Source: Alphaproteobacteria bacterium
Lineage (GTDB): Bacteria > Pseudomonadota > Alphaproteobacteria > UBA7887
Assembly (NCBI GenBank): GCA_965216755.1
Contig: CBDCGL010000011.1
Span: forward strand, 1,024,001 to 1,088,000
DNA length: 64,000 nucleotides
Direction: 5' to 3'
Shown: in pieces, positions 47,971 to 57,841 of the stretch
Layout of the letters: each line of letters opens with the position of its first letter
Numbering within the stretch: position 1 is the first letter of the stretch
Notes under the pieces: model-generated
What the model was told of the DNA's origin: nothing
Database searches by the model: none
The model's input: the letters and a program-made list of their open reading frames with translations, nothing else
Made by a program: the position numbers and the translations under genes

Positions 47971-49740
47971 TCAACGTTCAGCGCTCGCCGACAGGCAATC
48001 GAATACGTCGCCATCATTGGCCAGACCCAGCACGTGGTGACGATGCCACAAGGCGTAATACAGCAGGATCCATGACGCGAACGCGGACCGCTTTCCTGCA
48101 GTCTTGAACAGGCCGGGAACCAAATTCGGTCGACAGATCTCCCGTATGGCCGGCTGCGCTGCGACCAAAGCGCCGACGCTCTCGCCGCGCTGCAAGATCC
48201 AATGCCCGACGGGCACCGTGAAGCCACGTTTGCGATGAAACGGTCGCGCGATGGGGAGCGCTTTTTCCAGCCAAATGCGCAGCAGCCATTTGCCATATCC
48301 CCGCTGCACTTTGAGGCGATCGGGAAGGCAGAATGCGGTCCGCGCGAATGACGTATCCAAAAATGGGGTTCGCCCTTCGACCCCATGGCTCATCAAGCAA
48401 CGATCCAGTTTGACAAGCAGATCATTTGGGAGCCAATCGGCGCAATCCACCGCTTGCGCGACCTGCAAACGCGATCGACCGGGCGCCGCGGACGTGCTCT
48501 CGTCGGCGACCAAGCCGTCGCGCCAAGCCGGCGATAGGTCGCGCAATACGTTGACGCGGTCGAAAACCCCGCGCGACCGCATCGGTCGGCCACCTCGCCA
48601 CCAGGGGCGCAACGCGCTGCGATAGCGACCATAACCGCCAAACATCTCGTCGCCCCCCTCACCGCAGAGGATAACTTTTAGGTCACGACCGGCTGACCGC
48701 GCCAACAAATAGGTCGGCACAATCGCATAATCCGCGCACGGATCATCTACCGCAGCCGTAATTGCCGGCAAAGCATTCCAAAAATCCCCGTCGGAAATCA
48801 TGATCTCGTCATGATCGGCGCCAAGTGCCTGAGCCACGGTGCGGGCATGGGCCCGCTCATCGGGCACGACCTGCGTATCGAAGCCCGCGGTAAAAGCCCG
48901 CACCGGCCGCTCATTAAGCCGCGTCATAACCGCCAAAAGTGCCGTGCTATCAACTCCGCCCGACAAAAACATGCCGTAAGGCACGTCAGATCGCTGGTGG
49001 AAACGGACCGTATCCATGAGCGCCGCGTCGATGCGCGCCAAGGCATCGTCATCCGAGCAGCTTTCGGGACCTTCGTCGGGCAAGGCTGCAAGTCGCCGTC
49101 GTTCCACGACTCGTGCTCTTCGGACAACCAATGTCTCCCCCGGTAGCACACGCTTGATATCGCGAAAAATCGTATCTCGACCTGTCGTAAATTGGAGCTG
49201 CAAAAGCTCGGTACGCGCACCATCCGAAACCGCGCGAGATGCCAATCCGGCTGCGATCAGTGCCTGCGGTTCGGAAGCAAATGCGAAACGATCGCCACTC
49301 TCTGTATAGTAAAGCGGTTTGATGCCGAACGGATCGCGCGCCAATACCAGATGGTCATCGCCCGGATCGTGAATCGCGATCGCGTACATGCCGCGCAACT
49401 GCCGCGCGAAATCAAGGCCAAATTTCCGATATAAGTGGAGTGGTGGCTCGCAATCGGAACGGGTTGCGAGTTGGCCATCATCCAAAACAGCCGACAATTC
49501 GATGTAGTTGTAAATCTCACCATTGGCCACCAAAGCGGCGCCGTGGTTGTCGAACAGTGGTTGATCGCCGGTTTCAAGGTCAATGATGGCGAGTCGGCGT
49601 TGCACCAGCCCAACCGATCTTGCCAAATGCCGGCCTTCACCATCGGGACCACGATGGGCCAGAGCGACGCTCAAATCATCGAGAACGTTGTCCGCGGGCG
49701 GCTCGCGCCCGCTCGTCATCACACCGGCGATGCCGCACAT
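47971..49740 (-). CDS. asnB: Asparagine synthase (glutamine-hydrolysing) family amidotransferase
   Basis: MCGIAG, HRGPDG, RLAIID, NGEIYN, RDPFGIKPLY, LSGGVDS and GEGGDEMFGGY motifs. Confidence 0.9.
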   Translation of the reverse strand: MCGIAGVMTSGREPPADNVLDDLSVALAHRGPDGEGRHLARSVGLVQRRLAIIDLETGDQPLFDNHGAALVANGEIYNYIELSAVLDDGQLATRSDCEPPLHLYRKFGLDFARQLRGMYAIAIHDPGDDHLVLARDPFGIKPLYYTESGDRFAFASEPQALIAAGLASRAVSDGARTELLQLQFTTGRDTIFRDIKRVLPGETLVVRRARVVERRRLAALPDEGPESCSDDDALARIDAALMDTVRFHQRSDVPYGMFLSGGVDSTALLAVMTRLNERPVRAFTAGFDTQVVPDERAHARTVAQALGADHDEIMISDGDFWNALPAITAAVDDPCADYAIVPTYLLARSAGRDLKVILCGEGGDEMFGGYGRYRSALRPWWRGGRPMRSRGVFDRVNVLRDLSPAWRDGLVADESTSAAPGRSRLQVAQAVDCADWLPNDLLVKLDRCLMSHGVEGRTPFLDTSFARTAFCLPDRLKVQRGYGKWLLRIWLEKALPIARPFHRKRGFTVPVGHWILQRGESVGALVAAQPAIREICRPNLVPGLFKTAGKRSAFASWILLYYALWHRHHVLGLANDGDVFDCLSASAER

Positions 49741-50777
49741 CAGCCGCTCAGACTTTCAAAGAGAGCCAACAGTCGATCGATCACCACGGTCTCGGTATAA
49801 TCCTTTTGATAGTGTCGATAAGCCGCTTCGACCAACCGGGCACGCAAGTCAGTGTCAGATGTCAAACGATCAATTGCCGACGCCATCGCCTTGGCGTCAT
49901 CGACGGGCACCAGCAAGCCGGAGCGCTCGTGTTCGATAATGTCACCCGGGCCCCCGGTGTTGGTTGCCACCACGGCACGTTTCTGGGCCCAGGCTTCGAC
50001 AAACACGTTTCCGAACGGCTCAAGTCGGGATGGGCACACAAACATATCGCACGCCGCCAAGGCGGCCGGAACGTCGCGCCGCCAGCCAATAAAACGGACC
50101 CGATCGGTGATGCCAAGTCGCTTGGCGTGTGACCGCAGCGCCGGCGCCTCGGGCCCCTCGCCACCCAACCACAGCCAGTGCTCAGGCAACTGTGCGACGG
50201 CATCCAACAGGGTGTCGAACGCCTTATTGACGTGCAAGCGGCCGAGCCCCAAAACCAGTGGCGCCTTGGGCGGCGTGTCAAACGCGGAACGGCTCAAAGC
50301 GGGCATGCATCTGCCATCGATGATGTTTTGCACGCGCGTGATACGGTCGGGCGCCCAGCCTTGGCTTGTGTAGAACCGCACCGTGTCATCCGTGTTGCAC
50401 ATGATGTGGTCACAGTGGCGGTAGTATTTAAGGTCGTAAAAGCCGCGCGGAGACCCGACATGCGCAAATCGGTCGTTTGCGCCGCGACGTCGGCAAAAGC
50501 GGGTCGCGCGATTGGCCCAGGTGAGCACAATATCAGGGCTGAAATTGTCAATCTCGTCGTGTAGCACCGCGCTGGTGCGGCGATCGAACAGGCCGCCAAA
50601 CCGCGCATGAGTAACAACGATACCCGCCGCTCGATAACGGCCATCTCTGTCCGTCGATGGCCGCGTGACAAGGCGCAAATCGGGACCGATCCGCTCCGCC
50701 AGAGCGATCGCCATGCGTGCAAAAGAGTCTTCGGCGCCGCCGTTCAGCGCCCCGGCCATGGCCATCAAAACCCGCAT
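49740..50777 (-). CDS. GT4 family glycosyltransferase
   Basis: NGGAE, GRLHVNKAF and PSRLEPFGNVFVEAW (E-x7-E) motifs. Confidence 0.9.
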   Translation of the reverse strand: MRVLMAMAGALNGGAEDSFARMAIALAERIGPDLRLVTRPSTDRDGRYRAAGIVVTHARFGGLFDRRTSAVLHDEIDNFSPDIVLTWANRATRFCRRRGANDRFAHVGSPRGFYDLKYYRHCDHIMCNTDDTVRFYTSQGWAPDRITRVQNIIDGRCMPALSRSAFDTPPKAPLVLGLGRLHVNKAFDTLLDAVAQLPEHWLWLGGEGPEAPALRSHAKRLGITDRVRFIGWRRDVPAALAACDMFVCPSRLEPFGNVFVEAWAQKRAVVATNTGGPGDIIEHERSGLLVPVDDAKAMASAIDRLTSDTDLRARLVEAAYRHYQKDYTETVVIDRLLALFESLSG

Positions 50778-50789
50778 GTCTAGGGCTGC

Positions 50790-51566
50790 TCAACCAAGAT
50801 CTTGGGGCAACGTACCAAGCTCGGCCTTTAGATGCGAAATTAGGGGATAAAGCGCCGCCATCAGCGCGATCATAAAACCCCAGCGGCCTTCGCGGTAGCC
50901 CTTGCGCCGCCAATAACACTTGATGAATCGCGTAATACTGCGCCGTAATGTGCGCCGAAGTGGCGGCAACGGTTCATTTGACGCACGCAGATCCGCCGCG
51001 CGCGCATCGGTGTAGCGCTTCAATCGATCAATCATATCGTTGATGTCGCGGTCGACAAAATGGTCGATGGGGGTGGTGAGCCACCGTTTGGGCCCGCTCA
51101 GAGTCAGGGACGGATGCACGCGCTGCGGCCCCCAACGCTTGGCACCGCGGCGAAATAGCCGTGGTGCGGACATGACGCCCCACGAAGCACCCCAACCGTG
51201 GCGCACGCGTTGGTTGCCGATGTAGTTATCAAACGGCACTTGGAAATAGCCGTCGTCAACCGTCGCAATGGCGGCGCGAATTTCGTCGAACAGCTCCTCC
51301 GGGACCCGCTCATCGGCATCGACCTCGAAGATCCAGTCTCCATTGCACGCGTCAATGCCGGCATTGCGACGATCACCCTCCAACGGCCAGGCGCCTTCCT
51401 GGATGAGGGATGTAAATCGGCGCGCGATGGCCGCGGAGCCGTCCGTACAACGATCCAAGACAATCACCAATTCGTCGGCCGGCGTGAGCCGCGACAGGCA
51501 ATCTTCGAGCTGCAGTGCCTCATTTCGAACGACCACCAAAACAGATAGGGATTTGGCGACGTTCAA
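50790..51566 (-). CDS. GT2 family glycosyltransferase (WaaE/KdtX-like)
   Basis: RNEA, LDRCTDG, DWIFEVDADE and RKGYREG motifs. Confidence 0.88.
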   Translation of the reverse strand: MNVAKSLSVLVVVRNEALQLEDCLSRLTPADELVIVLDRCTDGSAAIARRFTSLIQEGAWPLEGDRRNAGIDACNGDWIFEVDADERVPEELFDEIRAAIATVDDGYFQVPFDNYIGNQRVRHGWGASWGVMSAPRLFRRGAKRWGPQRVHPSLTLSGPKRWLTTPIDHFVDRDINDMIDRLKRYTDARAADLRASNEPLPPLRRTLRRSITRFIKCYWRRKGYREGRWGFMIALMAALYPLISHLKAELGTLPQDLG

Positions 51567-51656
51567 TGAACAACCCCGAGCTGATGCGACGTGAGAGCCT
51601 GCACGTATTCCCGTGAGCGTACTTTCGGCGCCGGCGTCCGGATCAAGCTGCGCGCG

Positions 51657-51947
51657 CTACTTAAACTCCACTTCAACGAACACGAACTCAAAGTCATTGT
51701 TGTTGATGACATCGTGTTCCACGCCCTGTTCGCGGAAATAGGGTTGTCCGGTGATCAATTCTGCTTGGGTTTCGCTGCCCGCGGAATCGGCCATTGTCAA
51801 TGGGCCGGTGGTCATTGGCGTGACCACATAGTCCATTTCGTGGCGATGCCAGCCGGTCGCCGCGCCGGGCGGAAACCGCCACTCCGTCACCCGCGTCCGC
51901 GCATTGTCGACTTTCACGGTGGGAATTGCCGCCGGTCTGTCTGCCAT
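51657..51947 (-). CDS. Cupin of the BauB (beta-alanine utilisation) type
   Basis: AIPTV..DN...VTEWRF.PGA.TG.HRH..DYVV.PMT.G...GVEH.VIN.N..EFVFVE.E.K matches the recalled Pseudomonas BauB pattern. Confidence 0.75.
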   Translation of the reverse strand: MADRPAAIPTVKVDNARTRVTEWRFPPGAATGWHRHEMDYVVTPMTTGPLTMADSAGSETQAELITGQPYFREQGVEHDVINNNDFEFVFVEVEFK

Positions 51948-51961
51948 AATGAGTCTATCCC

Positions 51962-54040
51962 CTAGGCCACTTGGGTCAGCACATATGACCCGCTTTCGTG
52001 TAACTGCGCCTGCCAGTCCGGTTCGATGACGATGGTCGTCGTAACTTCCTCGATCACCGCGGGACCAACGATCTCAACGCCGGCGGCAAGTTTGGCACCG
52101 TCATACACCGGCGCGTCGACGCGTTCGCCCTTGGCCGAAAAGATCATGCCCCGCCGTTCTTTAAGAGCCCCATCGAGCCCGCCGCCGCCCTCGACCCGTG
52201 TTGGTTTCGGCTTGGTCACGCGACCATATATGGTGCTCTCCAGATTTACCATTTCGACAGGATTGTACGGCTCTGAATAGGTAAACAACTGCTCATGCTT
52301 CTTGTGGAAGGCGTCCTTGATCGTCGGCAATGTCTCCGCGTTGATTTCAAAATTGCCGATCTCAACCGTGCACTCATGGACTTGCCCGACATAGCGCATG
52401 TCCAAGCTGCGGTAAATCGCGATGTCGTCGTCTTGAAACCCATCGGCCTTGAGATTTTCAATGCCACGCCCCTCGATCTCCGCGAACAGCCCGTTCACTC
52501 GCCCAAGATCTTCGCTTTCTTCCATGCGCAACGGATGGGTCGACATGTAATTGTATTTGACGTCCGAGATGATTTGCCCGAACGCGCACAGTCCAGACGC
52601 CAGCTTCGGCACCAAAGCCGTTTTGATCCCCATTTCGCGCGCCAGGGCCGTGATATGGGCGGCACCGGCGCCACCGGCCGCCACCAGCACAAAGTCGCGC
52701 GGGTCCATGCCGCGTTCAACCGATACGCGGCGAATGCCGTTGACCATGTTGTTGTTGACGATTGTGAATATCCCATAGGCCGCTTGTTCGACCGGAATGC
52801 CTAGGGGATCGGCGATCTTTGTCTTCAGGGTCTCGACCGCCCGACCATGTTGCACATCCATGCGACCGCCTAGGAGAGACTGCTGGTTGAAATAACCGAG
52901 CACCAAATTGGCATCCGTCACCGTCGGTTGCTCACCACCGCGGCCATAACATGCGGGCCCCGGATCGGCGCCGGCGCTTTGCGGACCGACCTGCAACAGA
53001 CCGAGATCGTCGATCCAGCCGATCGAGCCGCCACCCGCCCCCAAAGTTTCCACCTGAATCATCGGCACGCCAATGCGATAGCGCAAAAAGTCGATGTTCT
53101 TGTTGATATTGGTCAGGCCGTCCTTGGTGAGCGTGATGTCGAAGGACGTACCGCCCATGTCGACCGTGATGACGTCCCGATGACCGAACGGCTCACTGAC
53201 ATACAGGCCAGCTTGCGGCGCCGACGCCGGACCAGAATTGATCGCATATACCGACCGGTCCGTCATTGCTGAGCCAATCGCAAGCCCACCATTTGATTGA
53301 AAATAGCGCACTGGATATTTGGCACCGCGCTCCTGAAAATAGGTATCGATGGAATCGACATAATTCTTCAGAATCGGCCCCAGATAGGCATTGGTAATCG
53401 TCGTTGAGGTGCGCGTATATTCGCGAACTTGCGGATAAATCTCACTGCCCACCGAAAGGAATACATCCGGGAGCATCTCCCGAACGATCTCTGCCGTGCG
53501 CCGTTCATGCGTGTCATTGAGGACCGACCAAACGTAGGAAACGGCGACCGCGTCCACACCTTCGTCTCCGAGAAATGCACACGCGGCGCGTACGTCATCC
53601 TCGTTCAGCGGCGTGCGTATTTCGCCATTCGACAACACTCGCTCGTTAACCGGACGGCGCAAGTAACGCGGCACCAGCATCCGCGCCGGCGGATATTCTG
53701 CGTCGTAGCGGTAACCGTCTTCTTTGTGTCCGAGACGAATCTCGATCGAATCTTCATGGCCGTTCGTACACAACAGCCCGACTTTGGCGCCTTTGTGCTG
53801 GATTAGAGCATTCAAGCCAACGGTCGTCCCGTTGATGCACAAATCGCAGTTAGAAATGATTTGCTCGGGTGATTCACTTACAGCCTCCGCAATCAATGCC
53901 AGCCCTTCGCTGATGGCGCGGGTCGGGTCGTCAGGCGTCGACAACGTCTTGTATAGGCGGACCGTGCCTTGATCGTCGGCCAAGACAAAATCCGTGAACG
54001 TGCCGCCGGCATCGACGCCTAAGCGGTATTTCGTCCGCAT
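51962..54040 (-). CDS. capA: ATP-dependent lactamase alpha subunit (caprolactamase CapA/OplA-like, hydantoinase A family)
   Basis: DAGGTFTDF, NCDLCINGTT, HEDSIEIRLGHKEDG.RYD, AINSGPASAPQAG and DFLRYRIGVPMIQVETLGAGGGS. These clade-specific motifs are recalled from Pseudomonas CapA. Confidence 0.8.
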   Translation of the reverse strand: MRTKYRLGVDAGGTFTDFVLADDQGTVRLYKTLSTPDDPTRAISEGLALIAEAVSESPEQIISNCDLCINGTTVGLNALIQHKGAKVGLLCTNGHEDSIEIRLGHKEDGYRYDAEYPPARMLVPRYLRRPVNERVLSNGEIRTPLNEDDVRAACAFLGDEGVDAVAVSYVWSVLNDTHERRTAEIVREMLPDVFLSVGSEIYPQVREYTRTSTTITNAYLGPILKNYVDSIDTYFQERGAKYPVRYFQSNGGLAIGSAMTDRSVYAINSGPASAPQAGLYVSEPFGHRDVITVDMGGTSFDITLTKDGLTNINKNIDFLRYRIGVPMIQVETLGAGGGSIGWIDDLGLLQVGPQSAGADPGPACYGRGGEQPTVTDANLVLGYFNQQSLLGGRMDVQHGRAVETLKTKIADPLGIPVEQAAYGIFTIVNNNMVNGIRRVSVERGMDPRDFVLVAAGGAGAAHITALAREMGIKTALVPKLASGLCAFGQIISDVKYNYMSTHPLRMEESEDLGRVNGLFAEIEGRGIENLKADGFQDDDIAIYRSLDMRYVGQVHECTVEIGNFEINAETLPTIKDAFHKKHEQLFTYSEPYNPVEMVNLESTIYGRVTKPKPTRVEGGGGLDGALKERRGMIFSAKGERVDAPVYDGAKLAAGVEIVGPAVIEEVTTTIVIEPDWQAQLHESGSYVLTQVA

Positions 54041-54077
54041 ACCACTATTCCTTTCGCAATATTAATTTTGTCAACAT

Positions 54078-55835
54078 CTATTCGGCGGCTAGTGATGCGG
54101 CGCGGGTCGAATCCGTGGCGGCCTGATCGACCTGCAACGTCTTCGGGTCGACGATAACACCGTAATCCTCTTTGGCGCCTTCAATCGACACCAAACCGTT
54201 CCTGACATCGTCTTGCACCAGGTGCGCCGGACGTTCCAACGGGTTGCCATAGCCGCCACCGCCCGGGTTCATATTGGCAATGCGCTCACCTGGTTTGATG
54301 TTTTCAATGATGTTCTTTCGAACAACTTCGGCTTTGCCACCCCGATGGATTTCGATCCGCCCAACTTTCGAATCGATCATTTTACTGGCGGCGCCGGCGG
54401 CCCCCATCGCTGGAATGCGTCGGCCTTCGCCAAACGAGACAAAAGTCATGTCTCGGTCGAGCGGTTCGACTTCCCAACAGGTCCCCGACCCGCCGCGATA
54501 GCGGCCGGCGCCACCCGAGTCCGTCATTAGGCCGTAGCGATGAATGATGATCGGGTAGGAATATTCCAGCAGTTCAACATCGCCCGACGTAAGAGCACCA
54601 AAGCAGCATTCGGGACCGCATGCGTGCCAGCCATCCTGATGCGGCGTGGCGCCGGCACCGGAGATGATCGACGCCAATACCATGGTCACGTATTCCTCAT
54701 CGTGGCGGGTATCCCAGCCAGCGATGTTGCAGCCATTGGCGTGGCCCCATGACGCGCTGACCCGGTCCGCGGCCGCGGTTTCGAAGGCAAGCCGCACACA
54801 ATCGGCCAACGTTTCCATCGGCGTCGTCGTGCAATTGACGTGCGGTGCCGGCTCCTCCGCATTACACAAGGTACCCTTTGGCCCCATATCCACCGATACG
54901 CACCGATAGAGCCCTTCATTGTACGGCGGCGGCACCTGTGCAAACATCATCACGCCTAGATAAACGCCGGAGTACGAGTTGCCCTCGTAAGAATTGATAA
55001 AATATGGCACCTGTGGCGGGCTATCGATCTTGATATGGCAGTTGTCATCCTTGACCGTCACGGTCGCCGTGATCTCCATGTCACCCAGATTGTGTCCGGC
55101 GTCTTCCAAGACCGCCGTGCCGGTATACGTGCCATCGGGAACACTGGTTATCAGAGCGCGCATTTGGCGATCGGCCATATCCATCAGTTCGGCAATGCAG
55201 GCCTGTACTTCCGCCAAGCCGTATTTGTCCAGCAAGGCGATCAAGTTTCGCTCGCCCACCTGACAGGCGCCGAGTGCGGCGTTCAAATCGCCCTCTTGGT
55301 CGCGCCGCGCCCGCATATTGGTTAGCAGCAAGTTGATGACATCGTTGCGCCGCCGACCCTTTTCCCACAGTTTGACCGGCGGGATGCGCAAGCCCTCGGC
55401 GTAGATCTCCTTGGCATCGGGGTTATACCCGGCGGGCACCGGGCCACCGATATCGGTCACGTGGCCCTTACAGACCGTCCAGAACACCAACTGGCCTTGA
55501 TAGAAGACCGGCTTATACATGCAAACATCGACGATGTGGCTGCCCTGATAGGCAGGATCGTTGTGCAAAATCACATCGCCTTCATGGATGTCGTCGCCAA
55601 AAAATGCCGCCACGCACTTCATTGCCGGAATCAGCGATCCAAGGTGGATTGGGATATCCTGGCCCTGCATGATCATTTCGGGCACGTGGTTGAAAAGCGC
55701 GTTCGAATAGTCGTGGGCCAAGTTGAAAACGCTCGACCGCGCCGTCTTTTCCAACGTGACGGTCATTTCGCGTTGGGTGGTTTCCAAAACCCCACGCACG
55801 ACGGATAGCGTTATCGGATCAACCTTGCGTGCCAT
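54078..55835 (-). CDS. capB: ATP-dependent lactamase beta subunit (caprolactamase CapB/OplB-like, hydantoinase B family)
   Basis: SSVFNLAHDYSN, QGQDIPIHLGSLIPAMKCVA, KGHVTDIGGPVPAGYNPDAKEIYAEG and APHVNCTTTPMETLAD. Start MARKVDP after RBS ggagga. Confidence 0.82.
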   Translation of the reverse strand: MARKVDPITLSVVRGVLETTQREMTVTLEKTARSSVFNLAHDYSNALFNHVPEMIMQGQDIPIHLGSLIPAMKCVAAFFGDDIHEGDVILHNDPAYQGSHIVDVCMYKPVFYQGQLVFWTVCKGHVTDIGGPVPAGYNPDAKEIYAEGLRIPPVKLWEKGRRRNDVINLLLTNMRARRDQEGDLNAALGACQVGERNLIALLDKYGLAEVQACIAELMDMADRQMRALITSVPDGTYTGTAVLEDAGHNLGDMEITATVTVKDDNCHIKIDSPPQVPYFINSYEGNSYSGVYLGVMMFAQVPPPYNEGLYRCVSVDMGPKGTLCNAEEPAPHVNCTTTPMETLADCVRLAFETAAADRVSASWGHANGCNIAGWDTRHDEEYVTMVLASIISGAGATPHQDGWHACGPECCFGALTSGDVELLEYSYPIIIHRYGLMTDSGGAGRYRGGSGTCWEVEPLDRDMTFVSFGEGRRIPAMGAAGAASKMIDSKVGRIEIHRGGKAEVVRKNIIENIKPGERIANMNPGGGGYGNPLERPAHLVQDDVRNGLVSIEGAKEDYGVIVDPKTLQVDQAATDSTRAASLAAE

Positions 55836-55985
55836 GTCTTTCCTCCTGCCGGCATTCGCCCGTAAGTGCTGAGAATAGCATCTCTCTCTGGTCCATCCCA
55901 CTTCTCTTGCGCGGCCACCTCTGCGGTTGCGCGGCTTGCGCCCATCGGCCATTCTCCCCATCGCTAATACCCGAAGGCGCCGGAC

Positions 55986-56855
55986 ATGATCTACGAACGA
56001 CCCGCGTTCCACCCTGGCGGTGACCGCATCATCGAGATGTATCTCGGTGACGAAATGAGCTTCGATCTTAACTTTTTGGTGCACAGCCTAGCGGCCAGGA
56101 TCCGGGAAGCTGAAATTCGTGGCGTTATCGAGTTGATCCCCGAACTTGCGTCAATGCAGGTGAGCTACGACCCGGATCTTATCAGTTATGACGATTTGGT
56201 CCGGGAGCTGATCAATCTATTCGAAACACTTGGTTCATTGGAAAATCTGGAACTCGATAGCCGTATCTACTACGTGCCGATCCTTTACTTCGATCCCTGG
56301 ACTCATGCTTGTGTCGACGACTATCGCGCCAAGATCGCGGACAAGGAATGGGACGGCGACCTCATGGTGCGCGTCAACGGCCTGTCGGGATTGGAGGCCT
56401 TGAAGCGGGTCCACTCGGCGAGCGAGTATTTTGTCGCCGCGCTTGGATTTTGGCCCGGCCTCTGCTCATTGATGCCCCTGGATCCACGTAGCCGCCTGAC
56501 CGCGCCCAAATACAATCCACCTCGAACTTGGACCCCAAAAGGCACCATCGGACATGGCGGGTCGCTCACTTGCATCTATCCAGATCGTACGCCGGGCGGC
56601 TATCAGATCTTCGCCCGCACGCCCATGCCGATTTGGGACAAGACCCAACGCCTAGAGGCTTTTCGCGATAGCCTGGCTTTGTTCAGTCCGGGCGACCGCG
56701 TTCGCTTTATCCCAATCAATCGCGACGAGTACGAATATGTCGAGGCCAAAATCGCCGACGGATCTTACAAGCACAACGCCGTCGACTTTCAGAGATTTTC
56801 GATCGGCAAATACCATGACTGGCTCAAGGCAATCGACGCGAACGAGCGTCTTTAG
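55986..56855 (+). CDS. Stand-alone carboxyltransferase domain protein (AHS1/PxpB/KipI family, urea-carboxylase-like long form)
   Basis: GGDR, GFWPG, PKYNPPRTWTP, CIYP..TPGGYQ and PGDRVRF motifs. Confidence 0.85.
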   Translation: MIYERPAFHPGGDRIIEMYLGDEMSFDLNFLVHSLAARIREAEIRGVIELIPELASMQVSYDPDLISYDDLVRELINLFETLGSLENLELDSRIYYVPILYFDPWTHACVDDYRAKIADKEWDGDLMVRVNGLSGLEALKRVHSASEYFVAALGFWPGLCSLMPLDPRSRLTAPKYNPPRTWTPKGTIGHGGSLTCIYPDRTPGGYQIFARTPMPIWDKTQRLEAFRDSLALFSPGDRVRFIPINRDEYEYVEAKIADGSYKHNAVDFQRFSIGKYHDWLKAIDANERL

Positions 56856-56872
56856 CGCGGGTTGGATGCAGC

Positions 56873-57841
56873 ATGATTGAAGTTCTGGAGCCGGGTCTAG
56901 AGACCAGCGTGCAAGATTTTCCGGGCCGCCTGGGATATTGGGAGCAAGGATTCCCACCGTCCGGGCCCATGGATATGTGGTCGTTTCGCTTGGCCAATCT
57001 GCTGGCCGGGAATGCATCGGGAGCGGCCGGCTTGGAGTGCCAGTTTCTGGGCCCCAAGCTTCGATTTCATGATGCGACGGTCGTGGCCATCACCGGCGCC
57101 GACATGACCGCCTTACTCGACGGCGCTTCGGCGCCCATGTGGCAGAGCTTCGAGATAGCAGCCGGGCAGACCCTGAGCTTCGGACCGGCGCGTTTGGGCG
57201 CCCGTACCTATATCGCAGTTGCCGGTGGAATCGAAACGCCCAAGGTTTTGGGATCGCGCGCGACGTTTCATTTGGCCGGCATCGGCGGATTGGGCGACGG
57301 CGCGCTCAAGGCCGGCGACCAAGTTCCGACCGGCAATGGCACGGACCAACCGGGGCGGCGCGTCGCCGAGGATCGTCGACCTCCGCTGACCGGCTCCCGA
57401 ACTTGGGAAATCGAAGTTGTCGCCGGCCCCAACGACGATTGGATCGACAACGCCGGTCAAGAAAGATTTCTGTCCAGCGATTGGAAACTACAGGCCAAGA
57501 GCAATCGCACCGGCTTTCGTCTCGATGGTCCCGAGTGGACGTTCACAAATTTGGCAACGGACAAGCGGCCCGAACATGGGCAGGATCCGTCAAATATCCT
57601 GGACCATGGCTATCCGGTCGGCGCAATCAACCTGTGCGGACAGACACCCATCATCCTCGTCCATGATGGTCCGTCGACCGGTGGGTTTATCAATCCGTAT
57701 ACCGTCCCAACCGGGGCGTTTTGGAAACTTGCCCATTCCCTGCCCGGCGACACGTATCGATTCCGCCAGGTTAGCGTCTCCGATGCGCAAGCCGCGCGGC
57801 GGCGCATTGACCAGATCTGCGCGCCCGACAGCTTGTCATGA
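56873..57841 (+). CDS. Stand-alone carboxyltransferase domain protein (AHS2/PxpC/KipA family)
   Basis: PGLETSVQD.PGR.G....G.PPSGPMD, GARTYIAVAGG, SNRTGFRL and DGPSTGG motifs. Confidence 0.88.
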   Translation: MIEVLEPGLETSVQDFPGRLGYWEQGFPPSGPMDMWSFRLANLLAGNASGAAGLECQFLGPKLRFHDATVVAITGADMTALLDGASAPMWQSFEIAAGQTLSFGPARLGARTYIAVAGGIETPKVLGSRATFHLAGIGGLGDGALKAGDQVPTGNGTDQPGRRVAEDRRPPLTGSRTWEIEVVAGPNDDWIDNAGQERFLSSDWKLQAKSNRTGFRLDGPEWTFTNLATDKRPEHGQDPSNILDHGYPVGAINLCGQTPIILVHDGPSTGGFINPYTVPTGAFWKLAHSLPGDTYRFRQVSVSDAQAARRRIDQICAPDSLS

